A stretch of 32,283 nucleotides of DNA from a virus: positions 1-32,283 of IMG/VR virus record IMGVR_UViG_3300009124_000056; one strand, 5' to 3'. The translations under genes were made by a program, and so were the position numbers. The notes beneath the pieces were generated by a model. It was not told the DNA's origin and did no database searches. It saw nothing but the letters and a program-made list of their open reading frames with translations. Shown here piece by piece: positions 15,777 through 24,181 of the stretch; positions within the stretch are counted from its first letter, which is position 1, and every line of letters begins with the position of its first letter.

Positions 15777-17984
15777 TTACTGTCCTATGCTCACTTTGTA
15801 ATCAATGCCAAGCAGTGTCATTTTAAGTGGCACCTCTTGGCCGATTGTAACTTGTCCATCATATGTATAGCCCAACATGCTAGGCAATGTTTTAATGCCG
15901 GTATACTCAGGCACCGCACCGCCAAATACGCCAGTGCCAAACTGTCTGAACGGCACCAGCTTGCCATCGATGGTCAATGACTGTGTCTCAAACAATTCCG
16001 CATTAACTTCCAATATACGCTTTTTAAAACCTTTTAGCGACCCACTTGGTAAGTTTGGCTCAAATGGCAGCGTCTTGACCTCTGGCGTAAAATTCAAACC
16101 AACCTCGTGGCTAGCCGTTGACGCGCTGACAAACGTCACTGTAAATGGTGAGGCTGGAACAATTTGATCCGGCTCAATAATGCCGTCGCGGATGATCTTG
16201 ACTGTCTCGCCCTCAAGGTGATCCATAGTGACACTGGCCGCCGCGCCGCCGGATTTAACACTGTCGAGCAGTGTGTCACTGTCAAACAACTCAACATAAT
16301 AAACATCGGCACTATTTACCGTGCGCTTTACCACAGTATAGATATCGTCAACATCAACGCCTATGTTTAGAAACTCGCCGTCTGTTGTCCACTCTGACGG
16401 CGCAATTACGTTCTGACTACGCAGCAACGTATAGCAGGCAATGCTGCCGTCGCCGTCATTTACGATCAGCAGCCGGTCACCCTCATCAGTGCTAGTCGAA
16501 ACACGCACGGCCATCTCGCCGGGCGACTTTAACAGATGCGAGGACAACAGTGATATTTTGGCTGATGTGTAAGCCTGCACCGCGTCACTGTAAATAAACT
16601 CTTGCAGTGACTTTCCCTGCCGCTGCACAAATAATGTGGCACCGTCAACATTCTGCAATCTAACGCCGGGGCGGGTGCCGAATGATGTCTGGTGCTTAAC
16701 AATCAAATTGCTTGGCGTAATTGGGCTGTCCAATGTCTGCGGCACATAGAACTCAGACCCGGTTGTAAAGATTTGCAAGTGGCGGCCAGAGTAAATATCG
16801 ACAATGGCGTTAAACGTGCCGGTGTCCAATGTGGCCTCAACAGCCGCATCATCAAGACTTTCGCCGGGGTTAAAATTAAAAAAGTCTGACACACGACTGC
16901 CATACAAGGTTGACGGTCTGTTCTTTAGGCCGCCAAAGAACAAGCGCCCCTCGTGGAACGTCACTGATCGCGGGTAACCTCTGTCGGCTGACCACGCATC
17001 TTCGTAGCCGTATTCAAGTTCCCAGTCGCCTGACGCCAGTGCGCTTGTGTCAAAAAATGGTATTTCAACATATGCTTTAACAGATGTGTCAGACACATAC
17101 TCTGTAACCCTGACGCGGCCAAAACCGTTTATAGCATTGAAATACTCATCAACACTGTCCTCTCCAAACGCCTTGATAGAGTATTGCGTCGTCGCATCCG
17201 GGGCTGTGTCAAACGCCGGGTAAACTGTCGCCACCTTAGTAGTCGCATCATAGTCGCTTATGTGACGGTGTTGACCAGACCCGGTGCCAGCGGTCAAATG
17301 AATTGACAAACCATTACACTGGTCATCTGACGTATAGCTGGTTGCGGCTTTCAGCGTTATGGTGGTTGTGCTTCCAGCCTGCGCCGTGCCAGTATCTGTC
17401 GTCACAGACGATGCCGTGATTGTTATGTTGCCAGATGTGGCACTTGGCGTGATGGTGTATTGTGGGCTGTCTGTGTTTAGGGTATATGCGTATTTGGGAA
17501 TAAACACAAAATCCAAATCGCTAGCCGTCCAATCACTGTCACCAGCGCCACGCAAAATCTTTAGCGGTGCCAAATCCTCATGCACGACAATCACTGTATC
17601 CGCTGACTGCACCCAATTCATTGTCGGTATGATTGCGCTAGTCAGCGCCGCAACAGTCAGGAAGTCATTGCCACTGCCGTTTATGTCGGTAATTTGTGCG
17701 CCGTCTTTAAAGACATACATTTTGCCGGGCGTGAAAACCAGCATGTAACTGTCGTCAATGCTAAACTCAAACGACACCATACGCACAGCCGTTCCAGCGC
17801 CGCTGTCTAACTCAGCAACAAACTTGGTGCCGTCCCGGCGTTTAGCGCCGCCTTGGGGCTGGATGCTGACGTTCCGCGCTGTTGTCAGGCCAGACTTATA
17901 TTGTGCAATGTCTGTCCGGGCGCGTAGCTTTGGATCTAACTCGCCAGCCGTAAAATCATTTTGAATACTGATGATCCGGCTCAT
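15777..17984 (-). CDS. Tail tubular protein B (nozzle, T7 gp12-like)
   Basis: 735 aa, directly downstream of the gp11-like gene. Its size and position are as in T7-like podoviruses. Confidence 0.7.
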   Translation of the reverse strand: MSRIISIQNDFTAGELDPKLRARTDIAQYKSGLTTARNVSIQPQGGAKRRDGTKFVAELDSGAGTAVRMVSFEFSIDDSYMLVFTPGKMYVFKDGAQITDINGSGNDFLTVAALTSAIIPTMNWVQSADTVIVVHEDLAPLKILRGAGDSDWTASDLDFVFIPKYAYTLNTDSPQYTITPSATSGNITITASSVTTDTGTAQAGSTTTITLKAATSYTSDDQCNGLSIHLTAGTGSGQHRHISDYDATTKVATVYPAFDTAPDATTQYSIKAFGEDSVDEYFNAINGFGRVRVTEYVSDTSVKAYVEIPFFDTSALASGDWELEYGYEDAWSADRGYPRSVTFHEGRLFFGGLKNRPSTLYGSRVSDFFNFNPGESLDDAAVEATLDTGTFNAIVDIYSGRHLQIFTTGSEFYVPQTLDSPITPSNLIVKHQTSFGTRPGVRLQNVDGATLFVQRQGKSLQEFIYSDAVQAYTSAKISLLSSHLLKSPGEMAVRVSTSTDEGDRLLIVNDGDGSIACYTLLRSQNVIAPSEWTTDGEFLNIGVDVDDIYTVVKRTVNSADVYYVELFDSDTLLDSVKSGGAAASVTMDHLEGETVKIIRDGIIEPDQIVPASPFTVTFVSASTASHEVGLNFTPEVKTLPFEPNLPSGSLKGFKKRILEVNAELFETQSLTIDGKLVPFRQFGTGVFGGAVPEYTGIKTLPSMLGYTYDGQVTIGQEVPLKMTLLGIDYKVSIGQ

Positions 17985-17985
17985 G

Positions 17986-18600
17986 CTAGAACCTTATGTC
18001 GGATATTGGGAACTCTTGTATAGTTTGGGCTGGGCGATCAGCGCCGTCAATGTTGATGGCAACACGCATCAGGCCGCCGCGCATATTCTCTGACGGCGCA
18101 CCGTATGCCTTTTGGTGGTAATAGTCGCCCTTGGTAATCTGATCTGTGACCGGCTCTGCAAAGTCAGCGGCCAGCGCCATTTTTAACAACCGCACAAAAT
18201 ATGGCGGGAAGATGGCCTCAGTTGGCCGGAACTGGTAATCAATCCAAACGTCTTCGTAATTTGTAAAAAGACCCAGATTGTAAATCTCAAAATCACGCAC
18301 TGGCTGTGCGGCAACAGCACCAACATTGAATACTGCTTTTGGGTTGCCTAAAATATCGCCGGGCAGCGCATAGGTGTATTTCCATTCATTAATGGGTGTG
18401 CTTGCCAGCCGTGCCAGTTTTACCTTTTTGACAGACCAACTAAATGGATACTGCATTAAGATAGTGTCGCGGATGTCATCATACAGCCTGTCGGCGACTT
18501 GCGCCTCATCTGTACCCGTTGCAAATGACGAAAGGGGCGCAGCCCCCAGCATAATCAATGCCTCAGAACATATAGATAGTTTAGTATCGCCCTGCGCCAT
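17986..18600 (-). CDS. Tail tubular protein A (adaptor, T7 gp11-like)
   Basis: 204 aa. The N-terminal CSEALIMLGAAPLSSF..DEAQVADRLYDDIRDTIL..FSW pattern is what I recall for gp11-type adaptors. It lies after the capsid unit. Confidence 0.7.
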   Translation of the reverse strand: MAQGDTKLSICSEALIMLGAAPLSSFATGTDEAQVADRLYDDIRDTILMQYPFSWSVKKVKLARLASTPINEWKYTYALPGDILGNPKAVFNVGAVAAQPVRDFEIYNLGLFTNYEDVWIDYQFRPTEAIFPPYFVRLLKMALAADFAEPVTDQITKGDYYHQKAYGAPSENMRGGLMRVAINIDGADRPAQTIQEFPISDIRF

Positions 18601-18610
18601 TAGCTACTCC

Positions 18611-18643
18611 AATAAGGATAAGAGGGGCGGGTTTCCCCGCCCC
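18611..18643 (-). terminator. Intrinsic terminator after the capsid and small-protein gene pair
   Basis: Minus-strand RNA reads GGGGCGGG-GAAA-CCCGCCCC (18643..18624), an 8-bp GC stem with a GNRA loop, followed by UCUUAUCCUUAUU. Confidence 0.75.
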
Positions 18644-18650
18644 ACTAGGA

Positions 18651-18923
18651 TTAGTCGCTGTCAGTCATTGCGACGGCAGTGCCGTCGGTGACATCAACAA
18701 CACCAGCCGCGTTTGACGCAACCATAACAATTGACATTGTTGGTGTCGCGCTGTCGTGAACAAAGATGATATCGCCGACTGCCAGTGTGTCTGACAGGTC
18801 ATTGAAATAACCTTCGGTGTTCACAGTCGCAATAGCGTCTGCTGATGTGTAGGTGTACATGCTAGGTGCATTGCCTGATTTGGCTGCACCGATAACATTA
18901 AAGCCTGCTGATGAATAAGCCAT
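18651..18923 (-). CDS. Small virion-associated protein (90 aa), possible head decoration protein
   Basis: It lies 15 nt downstream of the capsid gene and inside the same terminator-bounded unit. I cannot name a family. Confidence 0.45.
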   Translation of the reverse strand: MAYSSAGFNVIGAAKSGNAPSMYTYTSADAIATVNTEGYFNDLSDTLAVGDIIFVHDSATPTMSIVMVASNAAGVVDVTDGTAVAMTDSD

Positions 18924-18938
18924 TAGTCAGTCTCCTTT

Positions 18939-19772
18939 CTATTCGGTGCAAGAGATCTTGACGATGCCTTCATCGTCAATGGCAACCGCGCCAGCGGAGA
19001 ACATTGAAGACACAAGGAACGACGTTTTCTCAGGAACGTAGTTGATCTCAGACTTTTGGTTCATGCCAATGCCCATACCCATTGCATCCTTGTGGAATGC
19101 AAAACAGGTGCGGGTTGATGGGATGGGCAAGCCACCTTCATCACGGTCACCAAGAGTAATGAACTTGAAGCCCATAAAGGTGTCAACCTCACCAGAAACC
19201 AGAGCCTTTACGGTTGCAAAGTCACTGCTTGTGATTTCGGTTTCGCCCAACATGCCAGCCAAGTTATTAGCGTGGATGATCATGCAACGGCCTTCAGATG
19301 GAACATTGTTGGCGTCAAGCAGCTTCTTAGCTTCAATCAGCTTTTCAATGTTCATGTTTGTGCCAGCGCCACCAATGGTAGTCGCAACGGTCAGTGTTGT
19401 TGCTGATGCGTTGAGGGCATCAATAACAAGCTGATCCATACGGCGGCCAATGGCGTTACCAACTACTTGTACCAACTCACGGCGCTCGTCAAAGTTGACT
19501 TTTTGCTGTGAGAAGATATCGCTGTATTCAGCAGCGATGTAGTCAGACATTGTGGCTGTGACTTGTGAGTAAGTCACGTTTAGTGGTGTTACGTCAGTTT
19601 GTGGAACACGAACTGTTGCGGTGCCTTTTCCGATTTTCGGAAACTTCACCTGATTTCCTTCAACATTTGTACGCTCGCGAGTTAAGCCAGCCAGTGCGCG
19701 TGAGGACTGAAAGGCTTGCTTCACTTCTGCGTCAAAAAGCTGAACGAATGCGTTGGAAATGCCTACGGCCAT
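18939..19772 (-). CDS. Major capsid protein (277 aa)
   Basis: It follows the scaffold gene. The N-terminal FVQLFDAEVKQAFQSSRALAGL..VKFPKIGKGTA resembles the P22-coat-like/HK97-fold capsid families I recall. RBS AAAGGAATAGGAAA lies upstream. Confidence 0.8.
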   Translation of the reverse strand: MAVGISNAFVQLFDAEVKQAFQSSRALAGLTRERTNVEGNQVKFPKIGKGTATVRVPQTDVTPLNVTYSQVTATMSDYIAAEYSDIFSQQKVNFDERRELVQVVGNAIGRRMDQLVIDALNASATTLTVATTIGGAGTNMNIEKLIEAKKLLDANNVPSEGRCMIIHANNLAGMLGETEITSSDFATVKALVSGEVDTFMGFKFITLGDRDEGGLPIPSTRTCFAFHKDAMGMGIGMNQKSEINYVPEKTSFLVSSMFSAGAVAIDDEGIVKISCTE

Positions 19773-19912
19773 TTTCCTATTCCTTTCGTTGCAAAATTAA
19801 AACGATTTAACGCCAAACAGGTATCCTTACGGGCTGCGGCTTGGGCATATACGCTACGCCCCCAAGCGTTTGCGACAGGTCAAAGGCTTGATTGTCTGTC
19901 AAGGGTGATTTT

Positions 19913-19947
19913 ATAGAAAAACACGGCAATTGTAAACAACTGCCGTG
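19913..19947 (-). terminator. Intrinsic terminator between the scaffold and capsid genes
   Basis: Minus-strand RNA reads CACGGCAGUUG-UUUA-CAAUUGCCGUG (19947..19922) followed by UUUUUCUAU. The single A/C mismatch on the plus strand becomes a G-U wobble only on the minus-strand transcript. Confidence 0.7.
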
Positions 19948-19953
19948 CTTAGA

Positions 19954-20757
19954 TTAAATGGCTGAGTATTCTTGGGTGCCGTACACCTGTTCAAACATTT
20001 TCTCAACCTTGGCACGATATGCCGGATCATTGTTATACTCAGGCTTGCCAACCATCGCCATCAGTTCTTCTTTTGATGGTGCGCCGTCAATTGGCCCGAC
20101 CTCAACCGGGATGGGCTTGTCGCCGTAATAACTGCGAACTTTTTGCAAGGCGCGTAAACCTTGAGCCGTACCGCCCATTATTTTGAACTCTTCAAAGTCA
20201 GCGTCTGACCATACGCCTTTGCGTACTAGGCTCGACGCCCAGTCAGTCATCGACTTAATAGTTTGGTCAGCATTGTTGCCCAGCTTTTCATATTCTTCTT
20301 TAAATGAGACCTCGCCTGCGTCAGCCTCTTCGCCAGCCATTTGTATAAATGTGCTAGCCAATTGCTCATACGCTGCCTGACTGATGCCATTTTCTTTTGC
20401 CCACTCTGAGTAAGCATTATACAGAGGGTCATCGTTACCAATCCCGGCCTCTTCAAAAAGGCTCGTGTCATAATTATCAGGGGCTTTATGTTTTCCCTGA
20501 CTAAACTTTTTTTGCAGTTCGTTATATGACTTAACAAGGTTTTCAAGATCTGGCCCATCGTCCTCATTCCAAAACTTTTCGGGATACCATTCTGGCCGCG
20601 CCAGTTCTATTTCTTCACCCTCTTTAGCAACAGTCACGTCATCGAGTGACGGCTCATTGTCAGGCAGTTGATGTGAAATAGTTGCCTCTTCAGCTTGCTG
20701 CTGGTTGTCGTCGCCCTCAACTTGGGCTTCGGCCAACAGACCATCTGTATCGTTCAT
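19954..20757 (-). CDS. Scaffolding protein (267 aa, strongly acidic)
   Basis: It lies between the portal region and the capsid gene. It is E/D-rich and helical. Confidence 0.7.
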   Translation of the reverse strand: MNDTDGLLAEAQVEGDDNQQQAEEATISHQLPDNEPSLDDVTVAKEGEEIELARPEWYPEKFWNEDDGPDLENLVKSYNELQKKFSQGKHKAPDNYDTSLFEEAGIGNDDPLYNAYSEWAKENGISQAAYEQLASTFIQMAGEEADAGEVSFKEEYEKLGNNADQTIKSMTDWASSLVRKGVWSDADFEEFKIMGGTAQGLRALQKVRSYYGDKPIPVEVGPIDGAPSKEELMAMVGKPEYNNDPAYRAKVEKMFEQVYGTQEYSAI

Positions 20758-21023
20758 AGGTTTCTCGCTCTCTTGATACGCCGCTCAATTTCCCTGACCA
20801 GACTGTTCTGGCCTTCTCTAGCATAGCCGTGGCTGGCATCCTCGCCGGGATACCAACTAGGCTGCTCTATCGTTAGTGATCGCAAATGGGTGAGCAGCTT
20901 TGCCCCATCATCACTAGCGAACACACGCAGATAAAGACGATCAATATCGTCCTTATCAACTTGCTGTTTTTCTGCAATCTCAGGATCTACAGTTTGTAGA
21001 CCATCCCACCCGGACGGGTTCAT
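20754..21023 (-). CDS. Conserved small protein downstream of the portal gene (89 aa)
   Basis: Track ORF, with overlapping start and stop with both neighbours. Confidence 0.65.
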   Translation of the reverse strand: MNPSGWDGLQTVDPEIAEKQQVDKDDIDRLYLRVFASDDGAKLLTHLRSLTIEQPSWYPGEDASHGYAREGQNSLVREIERRIKRARNL

Positions 21024-22588
21024 TACATCATCCCTTCTGGGGGTGCCTCACCTTCTGCTGGTGCGCCACCCTCTGCCTGCGCTTGAGCCTGCATCATCTG
21101 TGCGGCCTGTTCCATCATTTGCTGACGCTCCATAGGCGTTGTGCGTAAATCCGCTGGCACACCTAGTTTGTCAGCCACATAATCTGCAATGCTTCCCATC
21201 TTCACCGCCATCTGGCCTTCCGGGCCAAGCGCTGACGACATCTGCACCCACTGCATAATCTTTTCTATGTCGCCCATATTCTGTGCCTGTGCAATAGGGC
21301 TGACCGGCGTAACCTTTACCTCAAGGCCATTGACGCGCAACGGCATCTCGATCAGGCCGCGCTCATCCATCACATACAGGACACGCGATACCAGTGGCAC
21401 CATAGTCTCAGTAATCAACCGGCCAAACGCTGAACCAAGGTTCTGTGCCAGTTCTTTCATCCGCTCTGCAATTTCTGTGGCAGACCGTGCTGACATGTTG
21501 TCAGGCGGCAGTGTGTCATCAAGCAAGATCTTTTTGACGTTCATGCGTAAGTCATTGATCACTATCTGCGACACATTGAAATCACCAGAGCGCGGCATCT
21601 GACGCAGGCTCTCGCCCTGTGGGCCGCCGTTACGCGCAACCGGGATAATAGCACCCGGCTGGATGCGGATGTTTTGCGGGTTCAACACGCCATCGTCAGC
21701 CGCCGTGTAAACGCCGGCAATAGACAGGCTGGCATTCTTCAACAGCAATTCAAGCGTCTTGTTCAGCGTCTTAATGTCTGGGATTGCTGTGACCAGTGGC
21801 CCCCGGCCATAGACCTCACCCGCCACTTTCATATACCGGGCGACGATCCAAGGCGATGATTTCATGCGGCGCATAAGCAGACCGGCTTTGCCCTCTGCCC
21901 AAATCACATGATAGCAATAGTCACCCTGATCTGGGTCATACAGTGTGGCCTCAACCAGATCTATTTCCTGAGTAGGCTTTTCGTCGATCATGCGCTGCAA
22001 GCGGTCAGGTATGTCGGCGTCAGTCCAATGCTGCTTGATGGCCTCACCTTTCAGACGCATGCGGCGATAGACGTTGTCGACCTTGCCGTGTGCGCCCTCT
22101 TCAATGCTGACCAGATACTGCGGCACAGCGGTAAAGCGAATAGGCGTCATGTCATCGCCGGGCTGTACCAGCATGACGGCTGTGCCAACGGCAAGGTCAA
22201 GCAAAAACTCACCCATAGCCAAATCAAAGTTAGACTGACGCAACAGGCTAAACATTGTGTCGGCGTACATGTCCAGCGCCATTTGTGCTTCGAGGCGGCG
22301 ATCCTCTGGGATCTCTGGCCCCGGCTCTAAGCGGCACCAAGGCGCGTATGGCGGGAACAAGCCAGACTGAATGCGATTGGCAAAGCGCTGCGTCGCATTG
22401 ATGGCGGTGCTGTCGAACACACGCGCCATTTTATTCTGACCCGGTGAGCCGCCGCCTTCGTAATAGCCGTCATAGAGATTGCGCTGCGGCAGGCCAAACT
22501 CGTAGCAGTCTTCATAGATCTGACGCCAGTTGTCTTTGCGGCGCTGCGCCACGTCGTGACGCTTTAGGATGTCCTCAACACTATGCAC
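21023..22588 (-). CDS. Portal (head-tail connector) protein
   Basis: 521 aa, upstream of the scaffold and capsid genes. It has an N-terminal RRKDNWRQIYEDCYEF region and a Q/A/E-rich C-terminal tail, as in T7 gp8-type connectors (from recollection). Confidence 0.8.
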   Translation of the reverse strand: MHSVEDILKRHDVAQRRKDNWRQIYEDCYEFGLPQRNLYDGYYEGGGSPGQNKMARVFDSTAINATQRFANRIQSGLFPPYAPWCRLEPGPEIPEDRRLEAQMALDMYADTMFSLLRQSNFDLAMGEFLLDLAVGTAVMLVQPGDDMTPIRFTAVPQYLVSIEEGAHGKVDNVYRRMRLKGEAIKQHWTDADIPDRLQRMIDEKPTQEIDLVEATLYDPDQGDYCYHVIWAEGKAGLLMRRMKSSPWIVARYMKVAGEVYGRGPLVTAIPDIKTLNKTLELLLKNASLSIAGVYTAADDGVLNPQNIRIQPGAIIPVARNGGPQGESLRQMPRSGDFNVSQIVINDLRMNVKKILLDDTLPPDNMSARSATEIAERMKELAQNLGSAFGRLITETMVPLVSRVLYVMDERGLIEMPLRVNGLEVKVTPVSPIAQAQNMGDIEKIMQWVQMSSALGPEGQMAVKMGSIADYVADKLGVPADLRTTPMERQQMMEQAAQMMQAQAQAEGGAPAEGEAPPEGMM

Positions 22589-22883
22589 TGGCTTTATTCC
22601 TCTTGCTTATCGCCGCCGCTTTCGACTTGGCGTCTGCTTTTGAACTCGCGCCCCAAGCGCGAAGTGATAAAAGCAGGCGCGTTGGCTTGCCCTTTTCGTC
22701 ACGCTCCGGCCCCGGCATGTTTCCCATACGCGCCAAGAACGATGCCCGTCGTGGGTTGTCGCCCTTCTTGACCGGCGCTTTCAAGTTCATGCCCTGCTTT
22801 TTGGCAGACGCACGGCCTGCGGCATTCAAACCGCCTGATGGGTTCTTGCCCTCAGATCTCTGCCAAGCCGGTGTTTTAGCCAC
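22581..22883 (-). CDS. Small very basic protein (100 aa)
   Basis: Track ORF with a GTG start overlapping the upstream stop. It is K/R/A/G-rich (AWQRSEGKNPSGGLNAAGRASAKKQG). Confidence 0.65.
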   Translation of the reverse strand: MAKTPAWQRSEGKNPSGGLNAAGRASAKKQGMNLKAPVKKGDNPRRASFLARMGNMPGPERDEKGKPTRLLLSLRAWGASSKADAKSKAAAISKRNKASA

Positions 22884-23031
22884 GCGCCGCTCTCATGTTG
22901 TCAATTAGATTAGGGTATGGGCGGCCAGCTTTTTTGGCCGCTCGCATCGCACTGCGTTTTTTAGCCGGGCTTAGACCTTTTGGTTTAGGCAATCCCTTTG
23001 GACGTTTTTTGTCCCAAACTTGTTTCGCCAT
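22876..23031 (-). CDS. Small very basic protein (51 aa)
   Basis: My translation is MAKQVWDKKRPKGLPKPKGLSPAKKRSAMRAAKKAGRPYPNLIDNMRAARG. It is below the track cutoff but fills the gap, and purine-rich AAGGGAAGGG lies upstream. Confidence 0.6.
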   Translation of the reverse strand: MAKQVWDKKRPKGLPKPKGLSPAKKRSAMRAAKKAGRPYPNLIDNMRAARG

Positions 23032-23058
23032 TACTTGCCGTAACCCTTCCCTTTTTTC

Positions 23059-23214
23059 TTAGGCATAACTTTTCTTCTTTGCCATTTTGGTTTTCATATT
23101 CGCCTCAGTTACCCGGCCACCAGTCTGCCGTGCGTATTCTTTGGCCGCCTTCATACCAGCCTTGCTGTAAGCAAAGTGGCGGGCCTTACCGTCTTTGGAT
23201 ACTACCTTTGGCAT
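23059..23214 (-). CDS. Small very basic protein (51 aa)
   Basis: My translation is MPKVVSKDGKARHFAYSKAGMKAAKEYARQTGGRVTEANMKTKMAKKKSYA. The ATG directly abuts the upstream TAA. Confidence 0.6.
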   Translation of the reverse strand: MPKVVSKDGKARHFAYSKAGMKAAKEYARQTGGRVTEANMKTKMAKKKSYA

Positions 23215-23469
23215 TTACGCCCCCAATGTTGTTTGTGTGCCTTCATCCTCAGCAGCAGCGCCAAGTCTGCCACCGCTTAACAATGACCGACTGCCAATGC
23301 GGCGAGCGCGGCGTCTGGCCGCCGCTTGTTTTTCAGCCACAGTTGCCATAGCAACTTTTTTTTCAGGCTTTTCCAAACCTAAATTTTGTGCCGTTACAGG
23401 CTTCCCTTGTTCTTTTATGGCACCAATTTCTTGACCCACTTTTAAAATTGCTTTTCTCGCAGCGCCCAT
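23215..23469 (-). CDS. Small basic protein (84 aa) ending ..RRRARRIGSRSLLSGGRLG..TQTTLGA; paralog of the next gene
   Basis: Track ORF. It shares a C-terminal motif with 23472..23696. Confidence 0.7.
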   Translation of the reverse strand: MGAARKAILKVGQEIGAIKEQGKPVTAQNLGLEKPEKKVAMATVAEKQAAARRRARRIGSRSLLSGGRLGAAAEDEGTQTTLGA

Positions 23470-23471
23470 AA

Positions 23472-23696
23472 CTATACTCCTAATGTGGTTTGATCATCGG
23501 CGGTGCCGCCGCGAACACTGGCTAATAATTGACGCGAACCGCCCCTGCGCCGGGCGCGTTGCCGCGCCGCCATCTGGCGCTGCTGCAAATCTTCTTGCGC
23601 CGCCAGACGCTCTTCCTGACGCTTTTGCGCCTCAGTCACCTCTGGCGCAACTTGCTGCGGCGTCGGCATTGATGGGGTCTTAAACAATGCGGTCAT
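23472..23696 (-). CDS. Small basic protein (74 aa) ending ..RQRARRRGGSRQLLASVRGG..DQTTLGV
   Basis: Track ORF. It shares a C-terminal motif with 23215..23469. Confidence 0.7.
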   Translation of the reverse strand: MTALFKTPSMPTPQQVAPEVTEAQKRQEERLAAQEDLQQRQMAARQRARRRGGSRQLLASVRGGTADDQTTLGV

Positions 23697-24181
23697 TCGT
23701 AAATCCTCGCAAACATAATATGATCAGCGCCAGTGGGGCCGTAATTACGCAGCAGCCCCTCGCGAGTGAATTGTAACGCATATGCCCACCGCACAGCAAG
23801 TTCATTTTCCGCATTTACCGTTAACTGCAACCGCTTCAATCCCTTTGTGGTAGCAATGTGATTGAAATAACGTCTGGCGCACCGCGTGACTGATACAGCC
23901 AAGGTATCAACTTGCTTGCCTGTCAGCAGCCAGCCCTCGCCCATACCCGGCCACAAAATGTTTGTGCCAAAGCAAGCAAATATTTTACCGCGATACAACG
24001 CCGTGCAGGCGTCCCCCGCCGCTTGAAACGATCTGAGCATGTCGTCGTATTCAGGCACGGCGTCGTAGTATTCGCGGTCAAATGGCCGCAGATCCATCAC
24101 ACGCGGGTGCGCCCAGTGAAATGGCACGATCTGCACATAGCGGTTTGTCGATATTTCGTTAAAAAATTTCAAAGTCTGCAT
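23693..24181 (-). CDS. GNAT-fold (RimJ/RimL-like) acetyltransferase-like protein
   Basis: C-terminal LQLTVNAENELAVRWAYALQFTREGLLRNYGPTGADHIMFARI fits the GNAT beta4-alpha3-beta5 region. It is 162 aa and lies between terL and the basic-protein cluster. Confidence 0.55.
   Translation of the reverse strand: MQTLKFFNEISTNRYVQIVPFHWAHPRVMDLRPFDREYYDAVPEYDDMLRSFQAAGDACTALYRGKIFACFGTNILWPGMGEGWLLTGKQVDTLAVSVTRCARRYFNHIATTKGLKRLQLTVNAENELAVRWAYALQFTREGLLRNYGPTGADHIMFARIYE

Noticed and set aside
19773-19953. A possible tRNA or small ncRNA gene in the longest late-region gap
   Set aside because: There is no cloverleaf and no T-loop GTTCRANYC-like sequence on either strand. The structures present are better explained as a terminator plus an mRNA leader.
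20247-20567. 106-aa same-strand alternative-frame ORF in the scaffold gene
   Set aside because: Its basic, low-complexity translation is the expected by-product of shifting an E/D-rich coding frame. It has no SD upstream, unlike the nested ORF in the methyltransferase gene.
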